From assembly GCA_038046785.1 (NCBI GenBank), contig JBBSVM010000003.1, positions 74,073 to 138,072 of the forward strand: 64,000 bases of DNA, given 5' to 3'. Source of the DNA: Thermoplasmatota archaeon (GTDB taxonomy: Archaea > Thermoplasmatota > E2 > JACPAO01 > JAHFTW01). Position numbers and translations under genes: made by a program. A model generated the notes under the pieces. It was not told the DNA's origin. It searched no databases and saw nothing but the letters and a program-made list of their open reading frames with translations. Positions within the stretch are counted from its first letter, which is position 1. Each line of letters begins with the position of its first letter. Of this stretch, positions 19,010 through 26,838 are shown in pieces.

Positions 19010-19267
19010 TTGTCCTGCGGGAACCGCGTGAGGGGTGGCCGAAGGCCACCCGTCCCAGGCCTGACGGGCCGTCGCCGCGAGGCGACGGCCCTGTCCGTCC
19101 GCCGAGGGGTCTGGGGCCCGGAGGGCCCCAGTTTGTCGGCGAAACGCGCAGCGTTTCGCTGGGTTGGGGACTGCGTCCAGATTCGTCTCAAGACCGAATC
19201 CTACCCGTCCGGCCGTGCCGCGGCCATCCGTGATTTGGGCCGACTTCTCGAATCCGGGAAACCCTAA
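19010..19267 (+). CDS. small ORF whose C-terminal 29 aa duplicate the tail of the preceding gene; coding status uncertain
   Basis: The tail DCVQIRLKTESYPSGRAAAIRDLGRLLESGKP* differs from copy 1 by 10 synonymous changes and 1 non-synonymous change. The N-terminal part is R-rich and is encoded through four GC hairpins. Confidence 0.3.
   Translation: MSCGNRVRGGRRPPVPGLTGRRREATALSVRRGVWGPEGPSLSAKRAAFRWVGDCVQIRLKTESYPSGRAAAIRDLGRLLESGKP
19030..19160. other. cassette of four consecutive perfect GC-rich stem-loops between the duplicated gene tails (candidate structured RNA or attenuator)
   Basis: gggtggcc-gaa-ggccaccc; gggccgtcgcc-GCGA-ggcgacggccc (11 bp stem with a GNRA tetraloop); ctggggcc-cggag-ggccccag followed by ttt; gcgaaacgc-gca-gcgtttcgc. 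Confidence 0.45.
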
Positions 19268-22200
19268 CGCAGCGGATTCGACGGCTCGATTCCGAGGCCA
19301 AGAATCAAGCCCTCGCGTCCATTCGCTTATTTATCAAGGCCCCTCTGGTGGGTCGCCTTCAGGACGGGACGCTTTGGCTGAGTCTGCTGGGAACGCACGA
19401 CGGTTCTTCCTCCGCCGCCAGCGCACGCCCTCCGTCCCCCCGACGCCGACCCCCGTCCTCGACCTGGAAGGCATCGGCCCAGTCAATGCCGCCAAGCTGG
19501 AGAAAGCGGGCATCGCCGACAGCGAACAGCTGCTCGCCGCCGACGTCGAGGCGCTCGCGAAACGGTCCAAGATTCCTCTCGGCTCCCTGAACGCCTGGCA
19601 GGACATGGCGGAGCTGGTTCGCATCGACGGCATCGGCCCGCAGTTCGCCGAAGTGCTGGTGCGCGCCGAGATCAATTCCATTGCGGAGTTGGCGCAGCAG
19701 GAACCCAAACCGCTTGCCGAGCGCGTGCAGGGCTACCTCGACGGCCTCGATTCCAACGTCATCGGCGTGAAGGTGACTCCGAAACTCACGAAGGCGTGGA
19801 TTCGCGAGGCGCGCCGATTCGCCCCCGGCCCGTCCGGAAAAGGCAAGGCGGCACTCGCCCGCGTCAAAGACCAACCTGAACCCGACGAGGGCGACCACGT
19901 TGCACCTCCCGTCGCCGTGGATGGCGCCAAGCTTGCCGCCGACGCGAAGCAGGAGGTCGAGCGTGGCTTCCTGCACCGATTCCTTCGCCGCGAAAAAGAG
20001 CACAAGGCCGAACTCCACGAGCCGCCAAGCACGCAGCGGCCCGGCCTCTTCCGCCGCTCGGGCAAACGCGCTCCCTCCGATTCCGAGGAGCCGCCTGCGA
20101 CCGCCGCTGACTCAAAGAAGGAAGCAAAGAAGGCGCAGAAGGAAGCGGCGCGCAAAGAGGCAGAGGCCGCCAAGAAACAGGCCCGCCTGCAAAAAGAAGA
20201 GGCGCGCAAGGCGAAGGCGGCCGACATCGCCCCCGGACTCATCCCCGTCGTCTGCGCCAACTGCCAGTTCACGTTCGGCGCCAAGCCGGCCGCCCGCAAG
20301 GTCACTTGCCCAAGCTGCCGGTCGCTCCTCGCCCTGGAGCCATCCGAAGAAACACCAATCTCAAAGCCGAGCCGCGAAGAGCGCGAGCAAGCCAAGCGCG
20401 ATGCCAAAGAGGCAAAGGAGCGCGCCAAAGCCGAAGCGCGAGATGCAAAACTCCAGGTCGTCCAAGAAGCGACGCCGGAGCTGGATGCCGCCGAAGACCG
20501 CGCCGAAGCGAAGAAAGCAAAGGAGCGCACCCGTGCGGAGGCAAAATCACAAGCTGCCGCCCAGAAGCTTGCGGCCAAGGAGGCCAAGCGCGCCGCACAG
20601 GCGGAGCGCGACGAGGCCGAAACGCAGGCGAAGCGCGAAGCGGCCGAGCGCAAGCAGGCGAAGGCTGCGGCCAAGGCGGAGGAGACTCCCGCAGAACCTG
20701 AGCCTGTGGGTTTCACGTTCACACGCGCCCAGCGGCGGGCCGACCGCAAGGCGCGCATCGCGGAAGAGGATGCCGCGCGCGCCGCAGCCAAAGCGGAGGC
20801 AAAGCCCGCGAAGGGGGACGACGTCGAACCGGAGAAGCCTCTCAGCGACAAAGCGCAAGCCAAGCTCGAGAAGCGCCGCCTCAAAGAGGAGGCGAAGGCC
20901 GCCAAGCTTGCCGTCAAAGCGGAGGCAAAGAAAACCAAGGATGCCGAAGCAACGTCCGCTGAGCCGGTGAGTGAGAAGGCGCAAGCCAAGCTCGAGAAGC
21001 GCCGCCTCAAGGAGGAGGCGAAGGCCGCCAAACGCGCCGCCAAAGCGGAGGCGAAGGCGAGCAAAGTCGCCGCGCCATCCGACGAAGATGCGCCCGAGAG
21101 CCCAAAAGAGGCGAAGCGCCGCGCCGAGCGCGAGGCCAAGGAGCGCGAAGAAGAGGCAGCGCGCCGGGCCAAAGCCGAGAAGCTCGCGGCCAAAGAGCGG
21201 CTGCGCGCCGAGCGCGAGGCGGCAGAAGCAGCGACGCTGGCCGGCTCCGGTATCTGGGCGCAAGGTGTCGCCCAGCCGCTTGCGACGCCCGGCGAAGGCA
21301 TCTGGGCGCAATCCATCGAAGCCCGCAACCAAACGTTCCAAGGCGCCGACAAGGCGGAACGCAAGCAGTTGGGCAAGCAGAAGCCGCGCCTCGAGGATGG
21401 CCGCAGTCCGTTTGCCCGCCTCGATGAAGACCGGAACCTCGGCGGAAAGCCGCGCCTGCCCGACGGCCAGAGCCCCTTCGCACGTTTGCCCGAAGATGAC
21501 GCGCCGCCAGCCCCTGCGCCGCGCCTGGTCGACGGCCGCAGCCCCTTCGTCCGGCTGCCCGAGGATGCGACGCCGGACTTCGAACGGATGCGCCTGTTCG
21601 GCCACCGCCCCGGCAGCGCCTACACCACGAAGGGCGGCTTCACCATCACGGAAGAGATCGTCGCCATCGAGACGCCCCCCACGCTGGAGCTCGGCACCCG
21701 CTCCGACCGGCGCCGACTCGCCAAAGAGGAGAAGGAGCGCAAGGAGGAGGCAAAGAAGCAAGCCAAGGTGGAGCGCAAGGCGGCGCTCGCCCGAGCGAAA
21801 GAGGAGGCGCGTGAACGCAAGAAAGAACGCGCCGCCGCACCAGCCGAGACGCCAGCTCCCGCGTCCCGCCGCGGGAAGCAGACGCCGGACGCCGCCGAGG
21901 CGTCCGAACCCGCGCAGGAGGCAGCTCCCGAGCGGCAGCCGCTTCTTGCCCGGCTCAAGCGCAAGCGGGCCGAACCGACCGAACCGGCCATCGTGGCATC
22001 GGATGACGATGCTGTCGAGCGCGTCCTGGCCGCCGAAGAAAAGCGCACGGCGTCGTGGAAGGCCGACGCCCCGATCGAGCCGGAACCCGCCCCCGAATCG
22101 GAGCCTGCCGCCGAGAAATCCTCTCGCCTACCGTTCCTGAAGCGCGCCAACGCCGAGGAGAAAGCTGCCCGCCTGGAGGAGGCTGCAGCGAAGAAGGCGC

Positions 22201-23342
22201 AAGCACAAGCCGAACGCGACGCGGCCCGCGAGCAGAAAGCCGCCGAGAAGGCAACGCGCCAACAGGAATTGGCCGAGCGTAAGGCTGAACAGCAACGCGA
22301 GCGCGAAGCGGCACGGGTGGCCAAAGCGCAAGCCAAAGAGGCCCCCGTCTCCGAGCCAGACACCGCCGAAACGGCGCCTTCTGCCCCCGACATTTCACAG
22401 GACGCGATTGAGGCGGCCCTCCTTGCCGAAGAGAAGCGGCAAGAGAAACAGCAGAAAGCGGACGAGTCGGCAAGCGCGGTGACGGAGAGCGCGAAGCAGG
22501 AGGCCGCAGCGGCAAAACTCCAGGCGCGCGCTGCGGCGAACGAGCGCAAGGCCGCCGAAAAGGCTGAGCGCGACGCCTTGCGTGCCAAAGAGGCCGAAGC
22601 GAAGGCTGCCCGCAAATCCGAGGCCGACGCCCAACGCGAAGCGGCCAAACTCCGCGCCAAGGAAGAAGCCGCTGAAGCCCAGGCCCAAGTTGAGCGCGTG
22701 AAGCGCGAAGCGGAGGCTGAGCGGGAGGCCGCCCGCCAGCGCCAGGCCGAAGAGAAGGCGGCGCGCCAAGCCGCGGCTGAAGCGCAGCGCGCCGAGCGCG
22801 CGGCCGAGGCGGAACGCGCCAAGCAAGCGCAGATTCAGGCCCGCGCCGATGCCCGCCTCGCCGCACTGCAAGCCAAAGAGCAGGCACGCGAGGCGAAGCT
22901 GGCGTTCAAACGGGAAGCAGACGCCCTCCGCGAAGCCGAGGCCGCGTTGAAAGAGTCCGAATCATCTTCTGTCGAGGCCCAAGAGGCGAGCCCCGAGGCG
23001 CCCCCGGTCCCCGACGAGGCTCGTGCCGAGCGCGACGCCGCAAAGGCGGCCAAGCGCGAAGCCAAGCGGCTCAAGCGCGAGGCGCGGCAGCAGGCCGAAC
23101 AAGAACGCCGTCTTGCCAAGGCGCTCGCGAAGGCGACACCAATCGAAGTCGAGGAGACCATCGAAGCGGCCGCCCTCGACGTCGAGCCGGAACCTGTCGC
23201 ACAGAAGCCGTCCACCGCAACCAAGCCGGCCCCCAAGCCTCGCGTGGTTCGCCGCGTCGTCGAGCGCGTCGTGGTCGAGCGCTCTGAGTTTGACCCGGAT
23301 TCGATTGACGCGCTTCTCAAGCGCCGTCAAGCCAAGGAGTAA
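19164..23342 (+). CDS. giant (≤1392 aa) protein with an N-terminal tandem helix-hairpin-helix (DUF4332-like) region, a C4 zinc ribbon, and very long E/K/A/R-rich charged-helix regions; unknown function
   Basis: GIGPVNAAKLEKAGI...IDGIGPQFAEVLVRAEI (HhH ×2). CANCQFTFGAKPAARKVTCPSC. Repeats DG[RQ]SPF[AV]RL[PD]ED ×3 and GIWAQ ×2. An internal ~131-bp tandem duplication at 20843–21036. A TATA-like cttatttatcaagg at ~19320 suggests the start may lie downstream of 19164. Confidence 0.75.
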   Translation: MGTASRFVSRPNPTRPAVPRPSVIWADFSNPGNPNAADSTARFRGQESSPRVHSLIYQGPSGGSPSGRDALAESAGNARRFFLRRQRTPSVPPTPTPVLDLEGIGPVNAAKLEKAGIADSEQLLAADVEALAKRSKIPLGSLNAWQDMAELVRIDGIGPQFAEVLVRAEINSIAELAQQEPKPLAERVQGYLDGLDSNVIGVKVTPKLTKAWIREARRFAPGPSGKGKAALARVKDQPEPDEGDHVAPPVAVDGAKLAADAKQEVERGFLHRFLRREKEHKAELHEPPSTQRPGLFRRSGKRAPSDSEEPPATAADSKKEAKKAQKEAARKEAEAAKKQARLQKEEARKAKAADIAPGLIPVVCANCQFTFGAKPAARKVTCPSCRSLLALEPSEETPISKPSREEREQAKRDAKEAKERAKAEARDAKLQVVQEATPELDAAEDRAEAKKAKERTRAEAKSQAAAQKLAAKEAKRAAQAERDEAETQAKREAAERKQAKAAAKAEETPAEPEPVGFTFTRAQRRADRKARIAEEDAARAAAKAEAKPAKGDDVEPEKPLSDKAQAKLEKRRLKEEAKAAKLAVKAEAKKTKDAEATSAEPVSEKAQAKLEKRRLKEEAKAAKRAAKAEAKASKVAAPSDEDAPESPKEAKRRAEREAKEREEEAARRAKAEKLAAKERLRAEREAAEAATLAGSGIWAQGVAQPLATPGEGIWAQSIEARNQTFQGADKAERKQLGKQKPRLEDGRSPFARLDEDRNLGGKPRLPDGQSPFARLPEDDAPPAPAPRLVDGRSPFVRLPEDATPDFERMRLFGHRPGSAYTTKGGFTITEEIVAIETPPTLELGTRSDRRRLAKEEKERKEEAKKQAKVERKAALARAKEEARERKKERAAAPAETPAPASRRGKQTPDAAEASEPAQEAAPERQPLLARLKRKRAEPTEPAIVASDDDAVERVLAAEEKRTASWKADAPIEPEPAPESEPAAEKSSRLPFLKRANAEEKAARLEEAAAKKAQAQAERDAAREQKAAEKATRQQELAERKAEQQREREAARVAKAQAKEAPVSEPDTAETAPSAPDISQDAIEAALLAEEKRQEKQQKADESASAVTESAKQEAAAAKLQARAAANERKAAEKAERDALRAKEAEAKAARKSEADAQREAAKLRAKEEAAEAQAQVERVKREAEAEREAARQRQAEEKAARQAAAEAQRAERAAEAERAKQAQIQARADARLAALQAKEQAREAKLAFKREADALREAEAALKESESSSVEAQEASPEAPPVPDEARAERDAAKAAKREAKRLKREARQQAEQERRLAKALAKATPIEVEETIEAAALDVEPEPVAQKPSTATKPAPKPRVVRRVVERVVVERSEFDPDSIDALLKRRQAKE

Positions 23343-23392
23343 CCGCCGGTCGGGCTGGTCTCACGCCTTCTTCCAACCTGCAAACCGGTCGA

Positions 23393-23602
23393 TCACTTGG
23401 ACGGCGGGGCACTCGCTCCGCTCGGCCCCGCAGGCCGTTTTTCGGCATCGAGTTGGCGCAGTTGCCGCCGGTACTTGCCGTAGTTGTCCTCTGGGGAGAA
23501 CTTGGCGGGCGTGTTCTGCGTGGCCTTGCCGCCGCAGCGCGGGCAGGCCTCCGCCAGAGTGTAGTCCTGGCAGGTTTGGCAGAACTTCAGGCGGGCCTTC
23601 AT
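23393..23602 (-). CDS. nop10: H/ACA ribonucleoprotein subunit Nop10
   Basis: MKARLKFCQTCQDYTLAEACPRCGGKATQNTPAKFSPEDNYGKYRR.... It is the C-terminal part of the listed ORF 23393–24190. Confidence 0.85.
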   Translation of the reverse strand: MKARLKFCQTCQDYTLAEACPRCGGKATQNTPAKFSPEDNYGKYRRQLRQLDAEKRPAGPSGASAPPSK

Positions 23603-23667
23603 GCTACGCGGCCCCCGCCCGACGCTGCACGCCGACCGGTCCGTTGCGACGGACGTCCGGAGCCATT

Positions 23668-24474
23668 TCAGGCCGCCTTCTTCGTCTCCAGTTCGCGCTG
23701 GAAGGTGCCGGCGCCGCCCGCCTTCTGGATGTGCGCAATCGCGCGCTCGGCCGCCTTCTGCATCTCGGTCTCGGCGATCTTGAAGTCGGGCGCCTTCACG
23801 GTGACACGGTAGTGCGGGGCACCCATGTAGGCGACCTCGATGGTGACATCCTCGAACTCGCCCTTCTCGGCCGCCTTGAGCGCCTTGGTGACCTGCTTGA
23901 CGCCGTCGGCACCGTGGTGCTGCACGTCGAGGTATCCGGTGATGTCGACGAAGCTGGCCTGGATGTTCTCCTTGGCGAAGGCGATGAAGCCGGGAATCCA
24001 GGCGCCCGTGATGGACTCCTGCTTGAACGCCTCCTCGCCGTACTCGGCCGCCTCCTGGAACGCCGTGTAGAGGGTGCCGTAGGTCTCGATGAGTTTGCGG
24101 CCGTATGCCGCGAGGATGGCCTCCGGCGTGGTGCTCTCGCGCTCGGCGAGAATCTTGAGGAAGTTGTCCGCCTTCTGCTCGTTCTTCCACGCCTGGATGG
24201 TCTCGCGCTTCTGGTGCTCGTTGACCGCCTTGAGCGAGAGGTCGACGTGGCCCTTCTTGGCATCGACGCCTTGAACCTTGCAGACGACGCGCTGCTGCTC
24301 ACGAACGAAGTCGCGGATGCGCTTGACCCAGCCGGGGGCGACCTCGCGGATGTGGCAGAAGCCCTCCTTCCCGGCGTACTCCTCGAGCGTAATCATGGCG
24401 CCGAAGTTCTGCACCTCGCGCACCGTGCCGACGACGAGTTCGCCCTCCTCGGGGAAGGGGTTCAGTTTTGCCAT
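23668..24474 (-). CDS. eif2a: translation initiation factor aIF2 alpha subunit
   Basis: S1 domain GELVVGTVREVQNFGAMITLEEYAGKEGFCHIREVAPGWVKRIRDFV. Full length 268 aa. Confidence 0.95.
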   Translation of the reverse strand: MAKLNPFPEEGELVVGTVREVQNFGAMITLEEYAGKEGFCHIREVAPGWVKRIRDFVREQQRVVCKVQGVDAKKGHVDLSLKAVNEHQKRETIQAWKNEQKADNFLKILAERESTTPEAILAAYGRKLIETYGTLYTAFQEAAEYGEEAFKQESITGAWIPGFIAFAKENIQASFVDITGYLDVQHHGADGVKQVTKALKAAEKGEFEDVTIEVAYMGAPHYRVTVKAPDFKIAETEMQKAAERAIAHIQKAGGAGTFQRELETKKAA

Positions 24475-24494
24475 GCGCGGCCGAGCTCGACCCG

Positions 24495-24506
24495 CCTTTT
24501 AAGTCA
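24495..24506 (-). promoter_or_regulatory. TATA-like element (acttaaaagg on the minus strand) ~26 nt upstream of aIF2-alpha, at the edge of the low-GC insertion
   Basis: ccttttaagt on the plus strand. Its position is consistent with a leaderless eif2a-nop10 transcript. Confidence 0.4.
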
Positions 24507-24527
24507 AGGGCCGCGCACAACCCTGTT

Positions 24528-25223
24528 CTAACGGACAATGTCTCGCAACTGGTCGTCGATTTCCTGGTGGATTTGGCATAGAGGACATTTGTTCGTCCAC
24601 TTGCGAGTTTCGGCGGCAACTTTGTTCCGCGATGGCTGAAAACTGTGAATTGCCAGACATTCGAGCGCCGGTAATGGCCGACTTCCTCGCACCGGATAGA
24701 CGTCAACCGACTTGACAGCGGAGAACCAATGCTGGCTGAAATGTGATGCAGGGCGTCCGCCTCCTTTCGTCGTTTTGCCCACGTAGATTGCTCGCTCACC
24801 TGCACGGAAAACGTAGATGCAGGTGGATTTGCGAACCTCCTCCTTGTACCATTTTTTGAACGCCGCCTTCTTTTGGTCCGGGCCTCGACCTTTTCCTGCA
24901 TTGACAGTCCACCGAATTCTGGATTCTGTGCTTGCCTGAAATTCGCGACCGGCCAACCGGTCGGTCAGTGCGTCCGAAGCTATGTGTTGAAGATGCTCGA
25001 CAGCCCGGTTCACCTGGTTTCTGGAGAGACGTTCCGTTGGGGGCTCATTCGGATTTTCTAGAACGCGCAAGAGCCAACGGGTTCGCTTGGCCACAAGTCG
25101 GTTCACTTCACGTCGGAAATCGCCGGCTTTGCTCAAACTACACCACGCGAAAGCACCCTCCACGCCCAAAAAGAAGTTTCGTAACAGAAACTGACGGCCA
25201 GGCCAACGAGTGTCCGAATTCAC
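24528..25223 (-). CDS. GIY-YIG nuclease-domain protein encoded in a low-GC (~53%) segment
   Basis: CIYVFRAGERAIYVGKTTKGGGRPASHFSQH, then ...ALECLAIHSFQPSRNK (GIY/YIG/R/H/E/N pattern). C-terminal CPLC. GTG start. Confidence 0.6.
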   Translation of the reverse strand: MNSDTRWPGRQFLLRNFFLGVEGAFAWCSLSKAGDFRREVNRLVAKRTRWLLRVLENPNEPPTERLSRNQVNRAVEHLQHIASDALTDRLAGREFQASTESRIRWTVNAGKGRGPDQKKAAFKKWYKEEVRKSTCIYVFRAGERAIYVGKTTKGGGRPASHFSQHWFSAVKSVDVYPVRGSRPLPALECLAIHSFQPSRNKVAAETRKWTNKCPLCQIHQEIDDQLRDIVR

Positions 25224-25280
25224 TCACCCCGCCCGAAGCTCCAAACCGCTCGGATTCATGCCTTGCCGGCCAGAACTCTT

Positions 25281-25511
25281 ATGGCAAGCAAACGCAAATC
25301 CGTAGGCGTGCAGCTCAAGGTCGTCCTGGAGCCGAGCGACGAGGGCGGCTACACCGTCTTCGTCCCAGCGCTTCCCGGCTGCATCAGCGAGGGCGACACC
25401 CGGGAAGAGGCCCTGCGCAACATCAAGGAAGCCATCGAGCTCTACCTGGAAGAGACCCCCGCCGACGCCGCGCTCCTTGACGGAGCCGAGGTCGCGGAGA
25501 TTCGGGTGTGA
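25281..25511 (+). CDS. hicB: HicB-family antitoxin (UPF0150)
   Basis: MASKRKSVGVQLKVVLEPSDEGGYTVFVPALPGCISEGDTREEALRNIKEAIELYLEE. Confidence 0.8.
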   Translation: MASKRKSVGVQLKVVLEPSDEGGYTVFVPALPGCISEGDTREEALRNIKEAIELYLEETPADAALLDGAEVAEIRV

Positions 25512-25732
25512 AAGTCCCCTCGGTGGACTACGACCGGCTCGTTCGTGCCCTCGCTCGGGACGGCTGGGTCGTCGTCCGTTCTCGCGGCAGCCACCTCCGT
25601 TTGCAGAAACAGGTCGGCGACGATGTTTCCAAGCTCACAGTGCCAGCCCATAAACCGCTCAAGCGGAGTACACTGGCGCATCTGCTCAAGCAGATCGCGA
25701 TGACGCCGGAAAAGCTTCGCGAACTGTTGTGA
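25508..25732 (+). CDS. hicA: HicA-family mRNA interferase toxin
   Basis: KVPSVDYDRLVRALARDGWVVVRSRGSHLRLQK. GTG start overlapping the hicB stop. Confidence 0.85.
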   Translation: MKVPSVDYDRLVRALARDGWVVVRSRGSHLRLQKQVGDDVSKLTVPAHKPLKRSTLAHLLKQIAMTPEKLRELL

Positions 25733-25772
25733 AGACCAAAAAGAAAGGGGAGGGGAAGGGGAAAAAGAAGCG
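25733..25772 (+). repeat. ~40-nt polypurine (GA) tract between hicA and the S27e 3' end
   Basis: aagaccaaaaagaaaggggaggggaaggggaaaaagaagc. Confidence 0.7.
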
Positions 25773-25791
25773 CGGTGGACCCGCGCCGGCT

Positions 25792-25968
25792 CTACTCGAG
25801 CGTGGCGGTGATTTCGCCCTTGAAGGTGGCGGTGCCGCCGTTGGGCTGGGCGAGTGTGGCGCCGCAGACCAGGCAGTTGACCTTCGTGGCCGGGCGGTTG
25901 AACGAGATCTGCTCGTTGCCGCAGTCCGGGCACTTGACCTTCAGGAACTTGGCGCGAATGGCAACCAT
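25792..25968 (-). CDS. rps27e: 30S ribosomal protein S27e
   Basis: [45 protein letters not shown] (C4 zinc ribbon). The listed ORF has a 23-aa junk N-extension. Confidence 0.9.
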   Translation of the reverse strand: MVAIRAKFLKVKCPDCGNEQISFNRPATKVNCLVCGATLAQPNGGTATFKGEITATLE

Positions 25969-26258
25969 TAGGCCTTCACCTCGACGAGTTCGAACTTCTT
26001 GGCGCGGAAGGCGTTGGGCTGGTGGGCCTTGCCGCACTTCTTGCAGACGTAGCGCAGGAGGATGCGCTTGGTGGGCTTCTCACGGCCCTCAGGCTTGGGA
26101 CGGGGGAAACCGGTGTACCCCTTGGTGGCGCGGCGGAAACGGCGCTGACCCCAGGACAGTTCGCTCGCCTTGCGTTTCTTGACGCGCTCAACGTCGTGCG
26201 TCGTGTGGACCTTGCATTTGTGGGCGCAGTAGCGCTGCACGGTGCGGGGCAGTTTCAT
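25968..26258 (-). CDS. rpl44e: 50S ribosomal protein L44e
   Basis: [43 protein letters not shown]...[10 protein letters not shown]. Confidence 0.95.
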   Translation of the reverse strand: MKLPRTVQRYCAHKCKVHTTHDVERVKKRKASELSWGQRRFRRATKGYTGFPRPKPEGREKPTKRILLRYVCKKCGKAHQPNAFRAKKFELVEVKA

Positions 26259-26447
26259 GACTTTGTCTCCGATGGACGGCCCCCTTCCTGGCGCGTCCGG
26301 TGTCCCGATGTCCGGTCGCGTGCGAGCCGGTGGCGGGATGACAAGGGGAAGGGCAACCGGTCGTGACTTGACCGACTATTTAGCCATAACGCGCCAGCGG
26401 GTTGGCCACCCCAAAGCGCCATATGTGGAACCGTTCGTCGTCGAGCC

Positions 26448-26684
26448 GTGGCCCTTGTGCTCTCGGAGCGCGACTACAAGCTGGTGACCCTCTTCACGAA
26501 GGTCGCCGGCATCTTCCTGTTCGCTGCGGGGACCATCACGTTGGTGGACCACGGCAACGTCGCCCTCGGACTCTCCCTCGTCGCCGCCGGCGGCGTGGTC
26601 GTTCTGGCCCCGGTGCCGCTCACGGTCCTTGCTCCTGAGGGTCTCGACGGCGACGACACGCTCTCGGTCGACGCCCGAATGTAG
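26448..26684 (+). CDS. hypothetical small 2-TM membrane protein
   Basis: GIFLFAAGTITLV and LGLSLVAAGGVVVLAPVPL. High GC3. Confidence 0.4.
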   Translation: MALVLSERDYKLVTLFTKVAGIFLFAAGTITLVDHGNVALGLSLVAAGGVVVLAPVPLTVLAPEGLDGDDTLSVDARM

Positions 26685-26838
26685 AGTCATGAGGTTCGGG
26701 AGGCCGCCTTGATGCGGCCGTTGGGCTCTTGACCTTTCGTGGAGCGCCCCGCCCGCCCTGCCCCCCGTCCGCGCCAGGATGCGGTCGTTCTTGTCTGTGA
26801 AAATGGACCTTTGACCGCCATCGCGGCGGCTTGAGGCG

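Noticed and set aside
19733-22887. several 300–550-aa ORFs on both strands inside the giant HhH gene (19733–21376, 20547–21761, 21620–22822, 21955–22887, 19900–20970, 20971–22140)
   Set aside because: Products of the repetitive GCC/GAG-rich coding DNA of the E/K/A-rich protein; they are S/A/R-only low complexity.
23603-24190. N-terminal 196 aa of ORF 23393–24190
   Set aside because: Out-of-frame overlap with aIF2-alpha. Only the C-terminal 69 aa (Nop10) are real.
26260-26447. 190-nt intergenic region upstream of L44e as a possible ncRNA
   Set aside because: Only a TATA-like ctatttagccataa and no convincing secondary structure. It is probably just the promoter/5' UTR region of rpl44e and of the small membrane ORF.
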